Assembly (NCBI GenBank): GCA_973895155.1
Contig: OZ316895.1
Span: 2,653,659 to 2,717,658, forward strand
Origin: Marsupella aquatica
Taxonomy: Eukaryota; Plantae; Marchantiophyta
Reading direction: 5' to 3'
Length of the DNA stretch: 64,000 nt
The notes under the pieces were generated by a model. The model was not told the origin of the DNA. It worked only from the letters and a program-made list of their open reading frames with translations, and made no database searches. The position numbers were made by a program, and so were the translations under genes. Below, piece by piece: positions 13,110 to 25,297 of the stretch. Position 1 is the stretch's first letter. Each line of letters begins with the position of its first letter.

Positions 13110-15084
13110 TACAGTCTTCCGGTGCAAGAGGCTTTAGGGCTAGACCAATGGTACCCTCTATTACCAAGCATTCAGGCAACGGAATCGACAGCAAGATTGA
13201 CAATTGGCAATCTCAATTACGAATAATGTCGTAAATCTGTGTCGATTGCTCATACTTCATGTGTCAATCTCAACTCCCATGGACACAGGCCATCTCGATT
13301 GATTGTCGGAATGATAAATGACAATCTCAATCACCAAAGACAATGCAATCACAATTGATTGCAAAATTATTCTTCCAGCTTACTGGAGCCAATCATTATT
13401 CAACCCAACGCCCGTTATTCTTTTTGTTGGTCAGTCCTGTGTTGGACTCCCAACCAAAACAATAAACTATCCGTGAAGTATCTTGTTGCTATTGGAAGTA
13501 ATTATGTCAAGTCTTTGCACATTGATGGACTCCAAGCGAAACAATAAACGACCAGCTAAGTAGATGTAATTTATGTGAATTCCTTTGCAATAAGCCACAT
13601 GGCTGGTTTCTGTAATGAGTCTTTGGACATTGATTGCTGGTCAAAGAACACCGATATACGCAAAATGTGGATGGTCCTTAGCAGGAGAGAACTCGATTAG
13701 AAGACTCACAACCGGGTGTACGAGTTGTACCCTGGTCTGTTCCTCAGCTTTATCAATACTTAGATTTGAAAAGCAGTATTGCAAGGTCAACGAGCCTCAG
13801 AGATCACAATTAATATGGCCTTTCAAGAAGTTTTAGACGACATTGCAATTTGGGATTTGGGATTTGTGTGCTCCGATTTCCAATTCGTCCTGTCTCTGGG
13901 TGTACGTCATTCCGTGAACTACATGTCTGCAAAGCCTTTTCCTGTGAAAACTTTGTTTGGTTTGTCCAGGATTCCAACGTTGCTTGCGATATTGCTTCCA
14001 AGGAGTGGGTGTGGATTGTTAAGGATTCCACAATTACTTGCGACATTGCTTCCAGGGATGCATACTGTAGAGCAGCTGTGAACCTGTCATAGGCACTACG
14101 AGAGTTTTTTCTCGATAATCCAGTGTGGAGTCAAGGTCAGCTGTTGGATTCCAGAGAAGTAACTAGTTTTCCAACGGTGGAAGCACACTCCTGGCTGCAA
14201 GGTCCGAAGAAAGCGACTGGTAATTTGCATATTGTAGTGTGAGACGTGCCACTTACCGAGTGTGCACTGTCCTATTCCGTTTTTCAATACCTATACACTG
14301 GTTGTGCTCCGTGCTAGTTGATAGCTTTCAATTTGTTCATCTAATGGTATCCCCAAGGTTGCAATATGGACTCTTTTCAGTGGTCCGTTGATGAGAAATT
14401 CGGATATCTTTGGTTCCTTTGTGTCATTGGACAGATGCTTGCTTTCATGCCAATAAACTGTACACAAGTGTCGAAGATAATGATATTTATTCACTCGTGT
14501 CGTTGGCAAGCGCAATTGTGACTCTACAAAAACCTGTTGACATGTGAGGGGCCCGTTTGTCCTCAAGCTCACGCAACTAACTAGAACTGTCTCTCTACTA
14601 TACTGTTCCCGGACCAGGTTCCCGCACAGACAGATATTGAAAGCACATCAAGACCCCGTCCTCAAAATGTAACTTGGGTTTAGGAGGCCCAGGCACAACA
14701 GGGGCAGCACTCTCGAATGAAACCATACCTGCTGCATTGAAATACATTTTAAGTCTACCAGACTACGCTTTAAAAATCCTCGAGAGAAGCTGCTAAAAAA
14801 TCCAGGAAGTCACAATGACTAACTGACAGGACCGGAAAAGGAGTTAGACAACTCAACCGTCATGTAAGTATGACCGAGTTTGATCAGTGTTTGCAGATCG
14901 CTTTGACGAGCTGCTTACTAAGGACGACGGATTTTGGTTCCGTGCAAACGTGATAAACAACCTTCTCCTGAACCTTCAAAGTTAAATGGGACCTTGGACA
15001 CATCCAAACAGGAGCCCCACCAAACAGATTCCCAGGTCCCTGAACAGACAAACGAAGTACAAATGTGGGCATGCTATTTTCGTC

Positions 15085-17939
15085 TCAATGATTGACACTC
15101 TTTTCATAGGCTGTCCATCCAGCCAACCGATATTCCTTAGCAGCAGACGCCGGGTCCTTTGCTTTGATGATGCCACGGCCAACAATAATAACATCGCTTC
15201 CTCGTTCACCAATGACCTGAAGAGATAGTTCAGGTGAGGAAACATTCATTAATGTGACATTCATACCTTGTAGAGCCAGAAAATCCCACAGATAACCTAC
15301 TCTACAATAGAGACCAAACAGCAACCTAATAGAGAAAGGAAGCAGTAAAGACTGATCCCGGGGAGGCTCTGCAGCAGCTACGGCTCCTGAAATATTCCAG
15401 CGATCAACACTCAACTCACGTAAAGGGGATGTGAGTCATTAGACGTTTATCAAAGAACAGTCTTCTAGATAGCCTTCTTACAACAGTCCTAGTCAAAAGA
15501 ACCTCCCAAATAAGTAAACTACAATCATTCCTCGCCTATCAATCTGGCATGGAAGGGACGTATGAGTACGACATACCGATCCTGGAGTGTTATACTGCTG
15601 TCCTAGTGAATCTCCTCCTCCACCGATCTGAACACCAGGAGTCATGTGGATCAAAGCTGCGCTTCCAGGGCCCTCGGGCCAAGATGCTGGATTGACGCAG
15701 ATGAACCCAATAACAAAATCTGGGTGGTCAGCTGCAATCTTCGCTGCAGCAGCAGTATATTCGCCTTTTGCTAAAGTTCCAGAGGAGCTCATCTCAGCCA
15801 GGAGGAGTAGACCCCTTCCTTTCGGTAAACCCTGAAAACCACTCGATTATTCAGGTGAAGCGGGATACACAGTTGGGAACTCCTGTGCTGCTCATTTTCC
15901 GCAAGCCCCTAAAAGTAACTTGTATATGGTTTCGGTATGGAAAGATGATTTTACGAAAATATGAAAGTTCAGAATAAGGACTTTGTAGGACAGTGGTTTG
16001 CAATACGAAGGAGCACAAAAATGTTACCTTCAATTTCAAACCATCAACTATCCCTGGCCCGGGAATTACATGGGCATTGATAATGTCAGCCCATTCTAGG
16101 ATTTTGTAGATTCCTCTGCATAAAAACGTAGATCAGTATTTATAAAGTAAGCCCAAAATGATTCTTACAAACATAATTACAGTAAAAAATCAAACAAAGA
16201 CCCGCTCTTTACATGTAGCAACATAGTTTGCCACACTACTTTGCATCACGCTAGATCCCGGTGCTCTGACTGATTATCATTGATTCACTCTCCCTCGTCT
16301 CCCTCAAGACAAAATATCATTTTCGCATTTTGAGCTTCATGCATTAAGTCTTTTAAGGACTTAATACAGTGCTGAATATTGCTGCACTCCAACACTATTA
16401 GATGAAGACTGGGTACTCTCGAATGCAGCAGGAATTTGGAACCATCAAGCTTAAAATTATAAAAACTAGTGTGTGCACATTCAATGCATTCTATGCTTTC
16501 TGTCTGTTTGTTCCTCACCATGAAAATCGACAAAGGTCTTGGATTTTGAAGACAAAAGAGTAAGGTGCATTTATCTCACCCTTCATACTGCATCGTAACT
16601 GTGTTTCCAATGTCAGCAAACTTCCGATCTTCAAATATGAGAAAGTCATGCTTATCTGCAATCTGGATCAGCAAAACACCTGTTCAGATGACGTAAAATT
16701 GAAGCAACAACCACAACTGTTTGCTAGTGCGCGAGAGCGGTACGCCGTAGTATAACGTTGAGTAACGAGTTGAGGTGTAATTCAGTCCCACAGTTTGAAA
16801 CCTACTTTGAAGCACAGGAGATCGACTCAATTGGATAATTTTGACATTTTCGAAACGCAAAAACAACAGCTAGACAACAGCGTACCTCGCGAAGCTTGGC
16901 GCCAAAGTCGGATGTGAAGTCTGGCAAAATATCTACATGTGTTTTAAGGACGCAAATCTCTGGTCCAACCTGCACAAAGACACATCATGTCATGTCCGCG
17001 TTACTTGTGTCTTTGGTCAGGTCTTAAGTTTTGACTGATTTCTTGAATGTAATTACCAGAGAAATCTATATTTTGTAAACACAAGAATTGGCATGGGCAG
17101 CGGAGAAGTAGACGAGCAAAAGAGTGCATAGTGGGGTGGAGATAAATTACAGCATCAGCAATCTTCAGAAGTTCTGCAGCAGTAGAAACGTCAGCGGCTA
17201 CAGACAAATTGCTCTTCTTCCTCTCGATCAGTTCCCATAGCTTCTTCCCTGTAGGATTTTGAGAAAGCTCAGCCCTCTTTCCATAAGGCAGCCTCCTCGA
17301 TTTGACGGGTACCACAGGTGCTGGGGTTCCGTTGACAGTTGTCTGATTGTCAGCAATAAATTGCTTCACGGAAGCTGCAACCTCCTCTGTCACTTTCCCA
17401 TATTTCACCAGAGCATCTACAATCTGAGTGACGGTTAGGGCAGAGTGCAGCTTCAGTCCATGCTTCTCCAAAGTCGAAGATCCACCCTGCTGTCTGTCAA
17501 TTAATACCACCACATCCGTCACCTTCAGCTTAACAGCATTAAGCGGATCCACGGTCTCCAGCACTGATGCACCACTGGTGACCAAATCCTCAATGACAAG
17601 GCATGTTTGGCCCTCTTTGAATGCTCCCTCTATCGCCTTCTTGGTGCCGTAGTCCTTCACCTCTTTCCGTCTCATAACCATAGGGATGTTGTGAGCCAGC
17701 GAAATGCAGGTTGCAATCGGAAGCGCCGTGTAAGGAACACCACAAATCACGTCGTACTCAGCTGAGGAGACTGCTGCCCACATAGCCTTCGCCACTTTCT
17801 CTAGAAGAGCTGGGTACGACACTATCACTCGGAGGTCTATATATATGGGAGAAGTGATCCCACTCTTGAGCTTGAAGCTGCCGAATTTCACAGCCTCAAC
17901 TTCGTTCAACGCCAGGATGAGCTCCAGAAGTTCGTCCAT
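15085..17939 (-). CDS. UMPS: Bifunctional UMP synthase (orotate phosphoribosyltransferase + OMP decarboxylase). Exons ~17939-17151, 16969-16886, 16662-16580, 16115-16029, 15831-15577, 15216-15085
   Basis: OPRT motifs [40 protein letters not shown] motifs [35 protein letters not shown]. Canonical GT-AG introns. Confidence 0.96.
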
Positions 17940-18241
17940 CGCTGCTGCTGGCAACCAAATCCCACTGTCTCCCAACAAAATCAAGGTCCCGCGTGAGGAA
18001 AAACGAGAATGTGAGGGCGGCTTAGCGGATATCTAAGCCTCAGCCGCAAGCAGAGCGAGCAAGATCGACATTGAAGTCTACGCAATTCCTTCACATCACT
18101 CTTGCGCTCTACAGCGACATCAGAAAGCTCCCGAGAACGAAAGCAGAAAGCCAAAAAGGAATGCTCACGGATATCGACACACACAGACGCACAATTGTTG
18201 CTCGGTGAGGCCTTCAGCTCCGAAGCTACAGCAGTGTACAA

Positions 18242-18507
18242 TTCAACGACATTCCTTCGGCATTCATTCGAAGAATCTGTGAACAGATTGGCTTAGAAGG
18301 TTATGTCGGGGAAGCTTTACAGACGTCGTCGCCTCCGGTGCAGGATCTCAAATTCAGGGAGCGTATTTAAAAGGGTCTTCAACGACATTCCTTCGGCATT
18401 CATTCGAAGAATCTGTGAAAAGATTGGCTTAGAAGGTTATGTCGGGGAAGCGACGTCGTCGCCTCCGGTGCAGGATCTCAAATTCAGGGAGCGTATTTAA
18501 AAGGGTC
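18242..18507. repeat. Near-perfect tandem duplication (136 + 130 bp) upstream of UMPS
   Basis: TTCAACGACATTCC...TTTAAAAGGGTC at 18242-18377 and 18378-18507; the second copy lacks TTTACA. Confidence 0.92.
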
Positions 18508-18651
18508 CATATAGAGGCCGACCTATTTATCCACATTGAAAAAGTTCTAATTGACAGAGTTTTTTTTTATTTCCAAATATGCCAAATATGCCCATGGTTG
18601 AGAAACCAAATCCGTGATGGACTTGAAGTTTGTCTCCCATCATCCCCATGG

Positions 18652-19116
18652 AATCAAGAACTATAATAAAGAGTTGCGCCTTTTTTTCTTTTTTTAAAAG
18701 TGGTCCCCAAATTTGCAATTTCGGTGTCAAAAAAATCTAAAAAAACTTAGTATAGAAGAAATAAATTAACAAATCAAGAACTATAATAAAGAGTTACGTA
18801 CTTTTTTGAAGTGGTTGTCATTTGAATTTGCAGTTTTTGTGTCAAAAAAAATCTAAAGAAACTTAGTATAGAATAAATAAATTCATCAATCAAGAATTAT
18901 AATAAAGAGTTGTGCCCTTTTTTGAAGTGGTCGTTATTTGAATTTGCACTGTGTCAAAAAAAATCTAAAGAAATTTAGTATAGAAGAAATAAATTCACCA
19001 ATCAAGAACTATAATAAAGATTTGCGCCCTTTTTTGAAGTGATCGTCATTTGAATTTGCCATTTTTGTGTCAAAAAAAATCTAAAGAAACTTAGTATAGA
19101 AGAAATAAATTAACCA
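18652..19116. repeat. AT-rich ~115-120-bp tandem repeat, 4 copies
   Basis: Unit AATCAAGAA(C/T)TATAATAAAGA...TTAGTATAGAA.AAATAAATT starts at 18652, 18772, 18888 and 19000. Confidence 0.9.
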
Positions 19117-20059
19117 AACCCTGCAAAAAGGTAACCCTACAAAACAAGTACAAACAATTTTTTTATTCTTCTCTCATATACTTCCCTATAGTAGGCCAAT
19201 GGATTCCCCCCTCTATCCTCCTATTGTCCTTGCAAGTACATACCTTGACATAATGTATTTGTTAGGACAAGCCCAATCCCTTATCTCTCTCAATTCTTCT
19301 CTATACAATATTTACCCATGCCCCAATGTGCAATTGGTTCTGTCCAAGAGCCAATTTGGTTTAGTAGAAGGCATACTAAATTCTTTCTTCTCATTTTACA
19401 AGAAGTTTGCATTTTTTTCACCTTTTCTAAGGCCAAATAGATATCAAATCATTTAGCTAAACGATAACTTTAAACAGTGTAAAACAATTTATAAGTGCAT
19501 TTTGTACTCAAACTAAGAAATATGGTACACTTATCAGTAAGCACATAATCCAATGAGATTGCATTTACTGATAAGTGCACACCCATTTTAGGTAAAAGGA
19601 AAATTTGGACTTATGGACATCAAATTTAGGGCAAGTATTCACATTTTGTGTAATGAGTCACACGGCTGCTCACCTGTGGAGATGCCATTTATTACTAAGT
19701 GAAAATTTTAGGGGGTGTGCACTTATCAAGGAATGAAAAAACAAATTAGTGCAATCGGATAGTGAGAGTGTCACTTATCTAGAGTTTACTTTATTTGCAT
19801 GTGCTATACAATGAACTCAATTTGGACTTGCCCCTCCACTTGGTACTTGCTCCAAGAAAACAAGTACACTAAAAAAAATGGATATGTTTTTGAATGAAAT
19901 GGCAACACATTGAGGGCAATAACTAAAGCTTCATCATGTGCAGTTTCTTCACATTTTAAAAGGTTTACAAGGAATTAAAAAATGAAAAATACAAAGACAA
20001 AATTCATTCTTAACTAATGATAATTTGTGGTTGTTGTTACTCATTTTCTGCGCCCTTTT

Positions 20060-20689
20060 TGTGCAACAGTTTTTTCTTAAGAACATCTTATGCGACACCA
20101 CATCTTTTTTCCTTAACGGTATCTTGGGTGACACAATATTGTTTTTCTTAAATAACAACAGCTTGGGCGACACAACGTCTGCTTTTCTTAATGACATCTT
20201 AGATGACACGACAACTTTTTTCTTAATAACATCTTGGGCGTCATGACATTTTTTTTCTTAACAACATCTTGGGGGACACAACATCTTTTTCTTCATGACA
20301 TCTATTGTGCAACACATGGGTGTTTTTTTTCACGACATCTTTTGTTCTCAATAACTTGGCCGACACTACATCTTTTGTTATCACCGGCATCTTGGCCGAC
20401 ACAACATCTTCCTTCTCAACAACCTCTTGGCCGACTCGACATCTTCCTTCTCAATGACCTCTTGACCGACACGACATCTTTTATTATCACCTGCATCTTG
20501 GCCAACACGACATCTTTTGTTCTCAACAACATCTTGGGCGACATGACATCATTCTTTCTTCTGAACGACCTCTTGGCCGACACAACATCTTTCTTCTCAA
20601 CAACCTCTTGGCCGACACGACCTCTTTTGTTCTCAACGACATCTTGGCCGTCACGACATCTTTTGTGCAACGCACAGGTATTTAGCTAG
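20060..20689 (+). mobile_element. 3' part of a non-autonomous Helitron with an ACATCTT minisatellite
   Basis: Degenerate ~37-40-bp units, then hairpin TGTGC-AAC-GCACA (20664-20676) and CTAG|T (20686-20690), the canonical Helitron 3' terminus. 5' end not located. Confidence 0.65.
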
Positions 20690-21968
20690 TGTGACACATA
20701 AATTAAGCAATTTACACATAATGATAGCAATTTACACATAATGATGAGAAAATTTAGGTAATTAATGTTCTAATTAACTGTTGACTTACATTTCAAGTAC
20801 ATTAGGAGACTCTCCATACTTGAAAGTGACCTGAAAATATGCATTGAATGAAACAAAAGTTTGTATTGAATGAAACAAAAATTTACATCTAGTATTGTAT
20901 TTGAAATTTTTGAGACCAGCAAAGTATTGGAAGCGCTTATTGTAACAAAAGCAACATTCTTTGAAAAATATCATTTCTTGGAGCTCTGCAGTGGGAAATT
21001 TAATTGAAACACTCTTTGTGAAAGAGCAACGCTCTCTGAAAAATAAAATTTCTCAACAATGCCTTCTTAGATTAAAATCTGAGATAGTTTTGTTGCAGCA
21101 AAATAAGTCAAACCCCTCCTTAAAACAAGAGCGACACTCTATGAAAATTACAATTCTGTCTCAAGAGCAATGCTCTATGAAAATCAAGATTTACACCCAG
21201 TTTTCCTAGTGCAAAAATTGTTATATTGGTTCATGGTGATTGTGTTGCTTGTTCCTCCTTTTTGTGGGATTTTTGTGATCTGTTATAAACATAAAAATAT
21301 TCTTGAGGAAAAAATTGAATTAATTTTGCTTTTGCTCATTGAACAAACTACTTGAGGGGCTAGAATAAATTGTAAAGAGCTTAGTCTATATAATTTTATT
21401 ACCAGAAAGGCTAGATAAGGCATACAAATACTAAACATTCTTTACATATTTTATGTTTTTTTATTGAACTCTAAAAAAATGGTTAAAGTGACTAGCTTGA
21501 GGGAAATGCCACGTTTAACCTGACGGGCAAGTTGAGGGCTTGCCAAGCACATACGACCGTCAAATGACGGCCAAAAAATATGCAATTTGACGCATATTCC
21601 GTCTGATTCCCTGGGACCCTGTCCAAACCCTCCCTCGGACCCTGCCCGGACCCTTTTAACATTCAGCCTGAACCCTTCTACCCGGACCAGAACCCTGCTC
21701 CAAGAGACCGGGATGACAGGATGACGGCCTCCAATGTCCAATTTGACAGGCAAGGTCAAACTGGGGAAAAGGATATCAAGAGAATAGAACGAGGCTTGCA
21801 ATCAATGCTCATCTGGTTGGTACATGGTATCTTTGGACAAAAATGGACAGAGGTGGTGCTTTGACAAGATACTTTTGGACAAGTGAACAAAAGTGATGAT
21901 CTGACATGATATTTTTGGACACAAGTGTAACAAATAGTATCCGAGCATATATGTGTGTTTAAATCAAA

Positions 21969-22296
21969 CAGCTTTTTACTAAGTTGACCCCCAAACTAGA
22001 CGTTATTACAAATGTAACCCCCTAACTAATTTAATTACAATACTACCCCCCAAACCGTCACCGGTATTCGCACCTTCGAAAGCACGTCATGGCTACCTTA
22101 ACCTACAGTTGCTCCCCTATGCCCGGCCCTTACCCGCCCTTGTAAGGCCTGCATACACGCCCAACAACTTCCCCCCCCCCCAAGGGATCTCCGCTTCCCG
22201 CAGCACCCGAGTCGGCCCCGATAGCACAGGCTCAATGTTTCCTTCAAGAAAACGTCTAACACCTCAACAAGCACCTGTGCGCCTTTCCTTGAGAGA
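21969..22296 (+). repeat. Left TIR of MULE
   Basis: Reverse complement of 35822-36222. The outer ~90 bp are almost identical; the inner part aligns with indels up to CCTTTCCTTGAGAGA. Confidence 0.92.
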
Positions 22297-22491
22297 AATT
22301 TAAATGCAAATTGATCCTATCACCTGAAATCTTTGCCTTCCATAGGCACTCACAGTATCCTTGATCAAGCTCTGACTTCCAAATTTCCGCAGCAGATTAG
22401 GGTCACGATTGCAAAAGCTGTGCAATCTCATTTTTGCTGGATTTCAGGTCCTTTTTCAGTTCCATTGTGTGTACTAGTACTTGCCTCTACG

Positions 22492-22589
22492 ATGGTTGAA
22501 ACTTGCGATTTGAGGGATGAAGTTGTAAGGTACATTGAAGCTTCATTTGAGCTGCAGAGATCCACCGTTGCAAGGTTTTCAGTTGCGCT
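22492..22589 (+). pseudogene. Probable 5' fragment of the MULE transposase gene, split off by the CACTA insertion
   Basis: ATG 22492 reads MVETCD..RFSVA(L). After removing the CACTA and one GCT the frame continues LRFVAHDAGHCALEQRDLEKVEL from 32263. Confidence 0.45.
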
Positions 22590-23234
22590 CACTACAACAC
22601 TACCGACCCCTTTTGCGAACCCCGTCCCATCGCAACTAACAAAGGACCAAATTATGAAATTCCGGCGTTTGCGAAATGCTACGCATCGCAACCCTTTCGC
22701 ATTCTTTGAAACCCACAGCTTCGCAATTGGACTTTCGCAACCCCTTCGCAACACCTTCGCACACTGCGAAACTTATTTTATCGCACATAAATCACATTTA
22801 TGCGATCTCGACAGACTCTTTATCGGTTTGCGACGCGCTCTGAACTATAACTTACTTGCGAAGCTATTTTCTTGACAATTCCGTTGCCATTCATATGGTA
22901 TCGCATAACTGCGTCAGTCAGGGTGTCACACAATTGCGGAACCAAAAGTATCGCAATGTTCCAATACTCAATGTATGGCAAGTTTGCGATAGTATGGCGT
23001 TCGCATGTGTGTCACAAGGATAGTTTGAGGGCTGGGTTTTGTATATTTGGGTTCATAATTGGGTTGGGGTCTTATTGCTCCACATGAAGATACCAAAGCA
23101 AAACTTTATATATGCCAAAAATCCCTGAATGTACAAAAATTAGGGTTTTCTAAAACCCTATGGGGTATCAAATACCAAGACACTGTCCTTTGACTAATCC
23201 ATATGCCATATGGAGTGAACTACATCTGCATCCT

Positions 23235-25297
23235 CTAGAATGGAGCCCGCCTACTCCTCTTTGCTGGCCTCTTCCCCTTGTCCTTCTTGCTTTGGGCGGG
23301 ACGAGCTGGACGGGAGGGGGGTGGTGGTGGTGGCGGCGGTGGTGGTGGTGCCTGCTGCTCCTCCCCATCTGGCTCATCCTCATCATCGTCATCATCCTCA
23401 TCATCGTCATCATCCTCATCATCATCCTCCTGGTCTCCTGGTGTGCTAGGTGTGGCAGCACTCCCTGCCCCTCTGGACCCACTCGTGGTGGCCCCGGTAG
23501 TGTCCCCATCATCAGCGCCGCTATCCTCCTCACTGCTATCCTCACTCCCCTCCTGCTCCTCCTTATCCTGCTTCCATGCCACAAGGTTAATTCGGGTTTA
23601 GGGTTAATAGGAAAAATGTATAAACCTTATAAATGGAATGGGTGCGGGTTTAGAAAGGGTACTACAAATCACTCACACTAGCCAACTCTGCATCAACCAA
23701 CTCAAAGAGATGTCTGGCCCCATGCTCTGCCCCTATCTCCATCTCCTTTGTTGTTATCTTGCGGCGGTACCTCTTATACTACCACAAAAAAATGAAACAC
23801 CAAAACATAAGGGGCCCGGGTTAGTAACTAAGGGTACTTAAGCAAAAAAGGAATCCTAAAAAGGGTAAAAAGGGTACCCTAACCAGAAAAAAAACCCCAT
23901 TACCCTAACAAACATTTGTCACTCGACACTAAACATTTTTCAAAATGAAACAAGCTTTGCGAAACTCCCACCTTCGCAAATTCAAATATATTTAAGTTTG
24001 CGAAATAGACTGCGAATCGGATTGCTTCGCAATGGCTTCGCAAACCTTACGGGAAAAAGGTTATAATAGAGTTTGCGAAACAATTGCGAGGCAACCCGCT
24101 TCGCAATTGTTTCACAAACTGTGCTTTTAAAAAAATCCGAGAAATGGCTAAGGCACGCAATGTGTCAGGGTGACCTAAAACGAAAGGGGAGGCCATAAGG
24201 GGTAAAGCAGAGGTCTGCGAGGGGCATTGCAGGCAAGCAAACAACAATTGAAGGCAAAGGAAAAGAAGCAGGGGAGGAGGGGAGAGGACTCACGAAGGTT
24301 GCTTTCAGGCCGGGAAGTCCACCTTGCCCCATCTTGTGTGTGGTCTTGGGGCGTTTGCTGACTCGGTCTGCTGCAAGGATGAACTTCTGGGGTGGTGTCC
24401 CCACTTCATCCACGATGTGCTGCAGCTGTGAGACCTTCTCAGCCAATGCCTTGAGGTCTTGGTCTGACTTCCCGGCCTGAAGTGCCTTGGCCTCCTTCTC
24501 CTTCCAGAATTGGAGGTCCTTGGCTGCTTTCAGCTGCACCTCGACCTTATAGAACGCGTTCCACACATCCTCTATGAATTGCACTGGCCTCCTCACGTTC
24601 CTGTACTCCTGCAAGCTTGCTAGGTAGGCCCTCACCTTCCTCCTATCATGGTATCGTGCTTGAGACATTGAATTTGAAATTCTATCTGCAAGCCACTGGT
24701 CATCAATCTCTGCTCCATTTCTGAATGAATCTTTGACCTGAGTCATTACTTTCCTCTGCTCTGCTCTGCTTAGTTTCCCCCACTCAACACCTCGTGCAAA
24801 GCTAGTCCTCACAGCAAGCCTGATAGTGCTCTTTGCCCCAGTGTAGGCCAACTCAGTAGGAATGCCCTCAACCAAGGCAATCAATGGCAGCTTCTTCCTC
24901 TCTTCCTCCTTTTTCCGCTGCGCCTCACGTTGTGCTCGAATCTCATCTCGTTCCTCCCTTCTCCTCTTCTTTTCGAGGGCTGCAGGAGAGAGTACTCCTC
25001 CTTCTTTCGTTTCTTCTCTCTGGCCTTCTCCTCAGCTGCAGCCTTTGCCTCTTTCTCCCTCTGAGCCTGCCCTGCTGCAACCCCGGTTTGCAAAGCTTGC
25101 CCTAGAATTGCACTCAAAGAAGCAATCCCAACTGGTGTACTCAAATCCAAATGGCTCAGCTGTGTGGCATTGAGATGCTCGGCCATCAAATTTGTCCATT
25201 GATTACTCTCCTCATTCCTATTCCCTCCATTGCCATTGCCACTCCCACTCCCACTTGCCCCTGCCCCATCCCCTCCACGCCCTCCACTAGAATCCAT
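23235..25297 (-). CDS. CACTA second gene, TnpA/Ptta-like. Exons 25297-24294, 23778-23677, 23567-23235; one apparent 2-nt frameshift at ~24990
   Basis: Phase-0 GT-AG junctions join the exons. Gly-rich N-terminus, charged coiled coil, THKMGQGG motif reminiscent of Transposase_24, long Asp/Glu tract, poly-Pro, basic C-terminus KKDKGKRPAKRSRR. Removing one CT from the (CT)n at 24985-24994 restores the frame. Family assignment is tentative. Confidence 0.65.

Noticed and set aside
20060-20689. Regularly spaced repeats resembling a CRISPR array, and ORFs 20234-20689 and 20416-20670
   Set aside because: Degenerate minisatellite with no unique spacers and no cas genes, in a eukaryotic context. The ORFs are repeat translations.
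22333-22875. 180-aa ORF
   Set aside because: Chimeric: reads from MULE sequence across the junction into CACTA subterminal repeats.
23160-23681. Poly-W/I, poly-M/H and poly-S/G ORFs
   Set aside because: Alternative frames of the acidic/poly-Pro exon of the TnpA-like gene.
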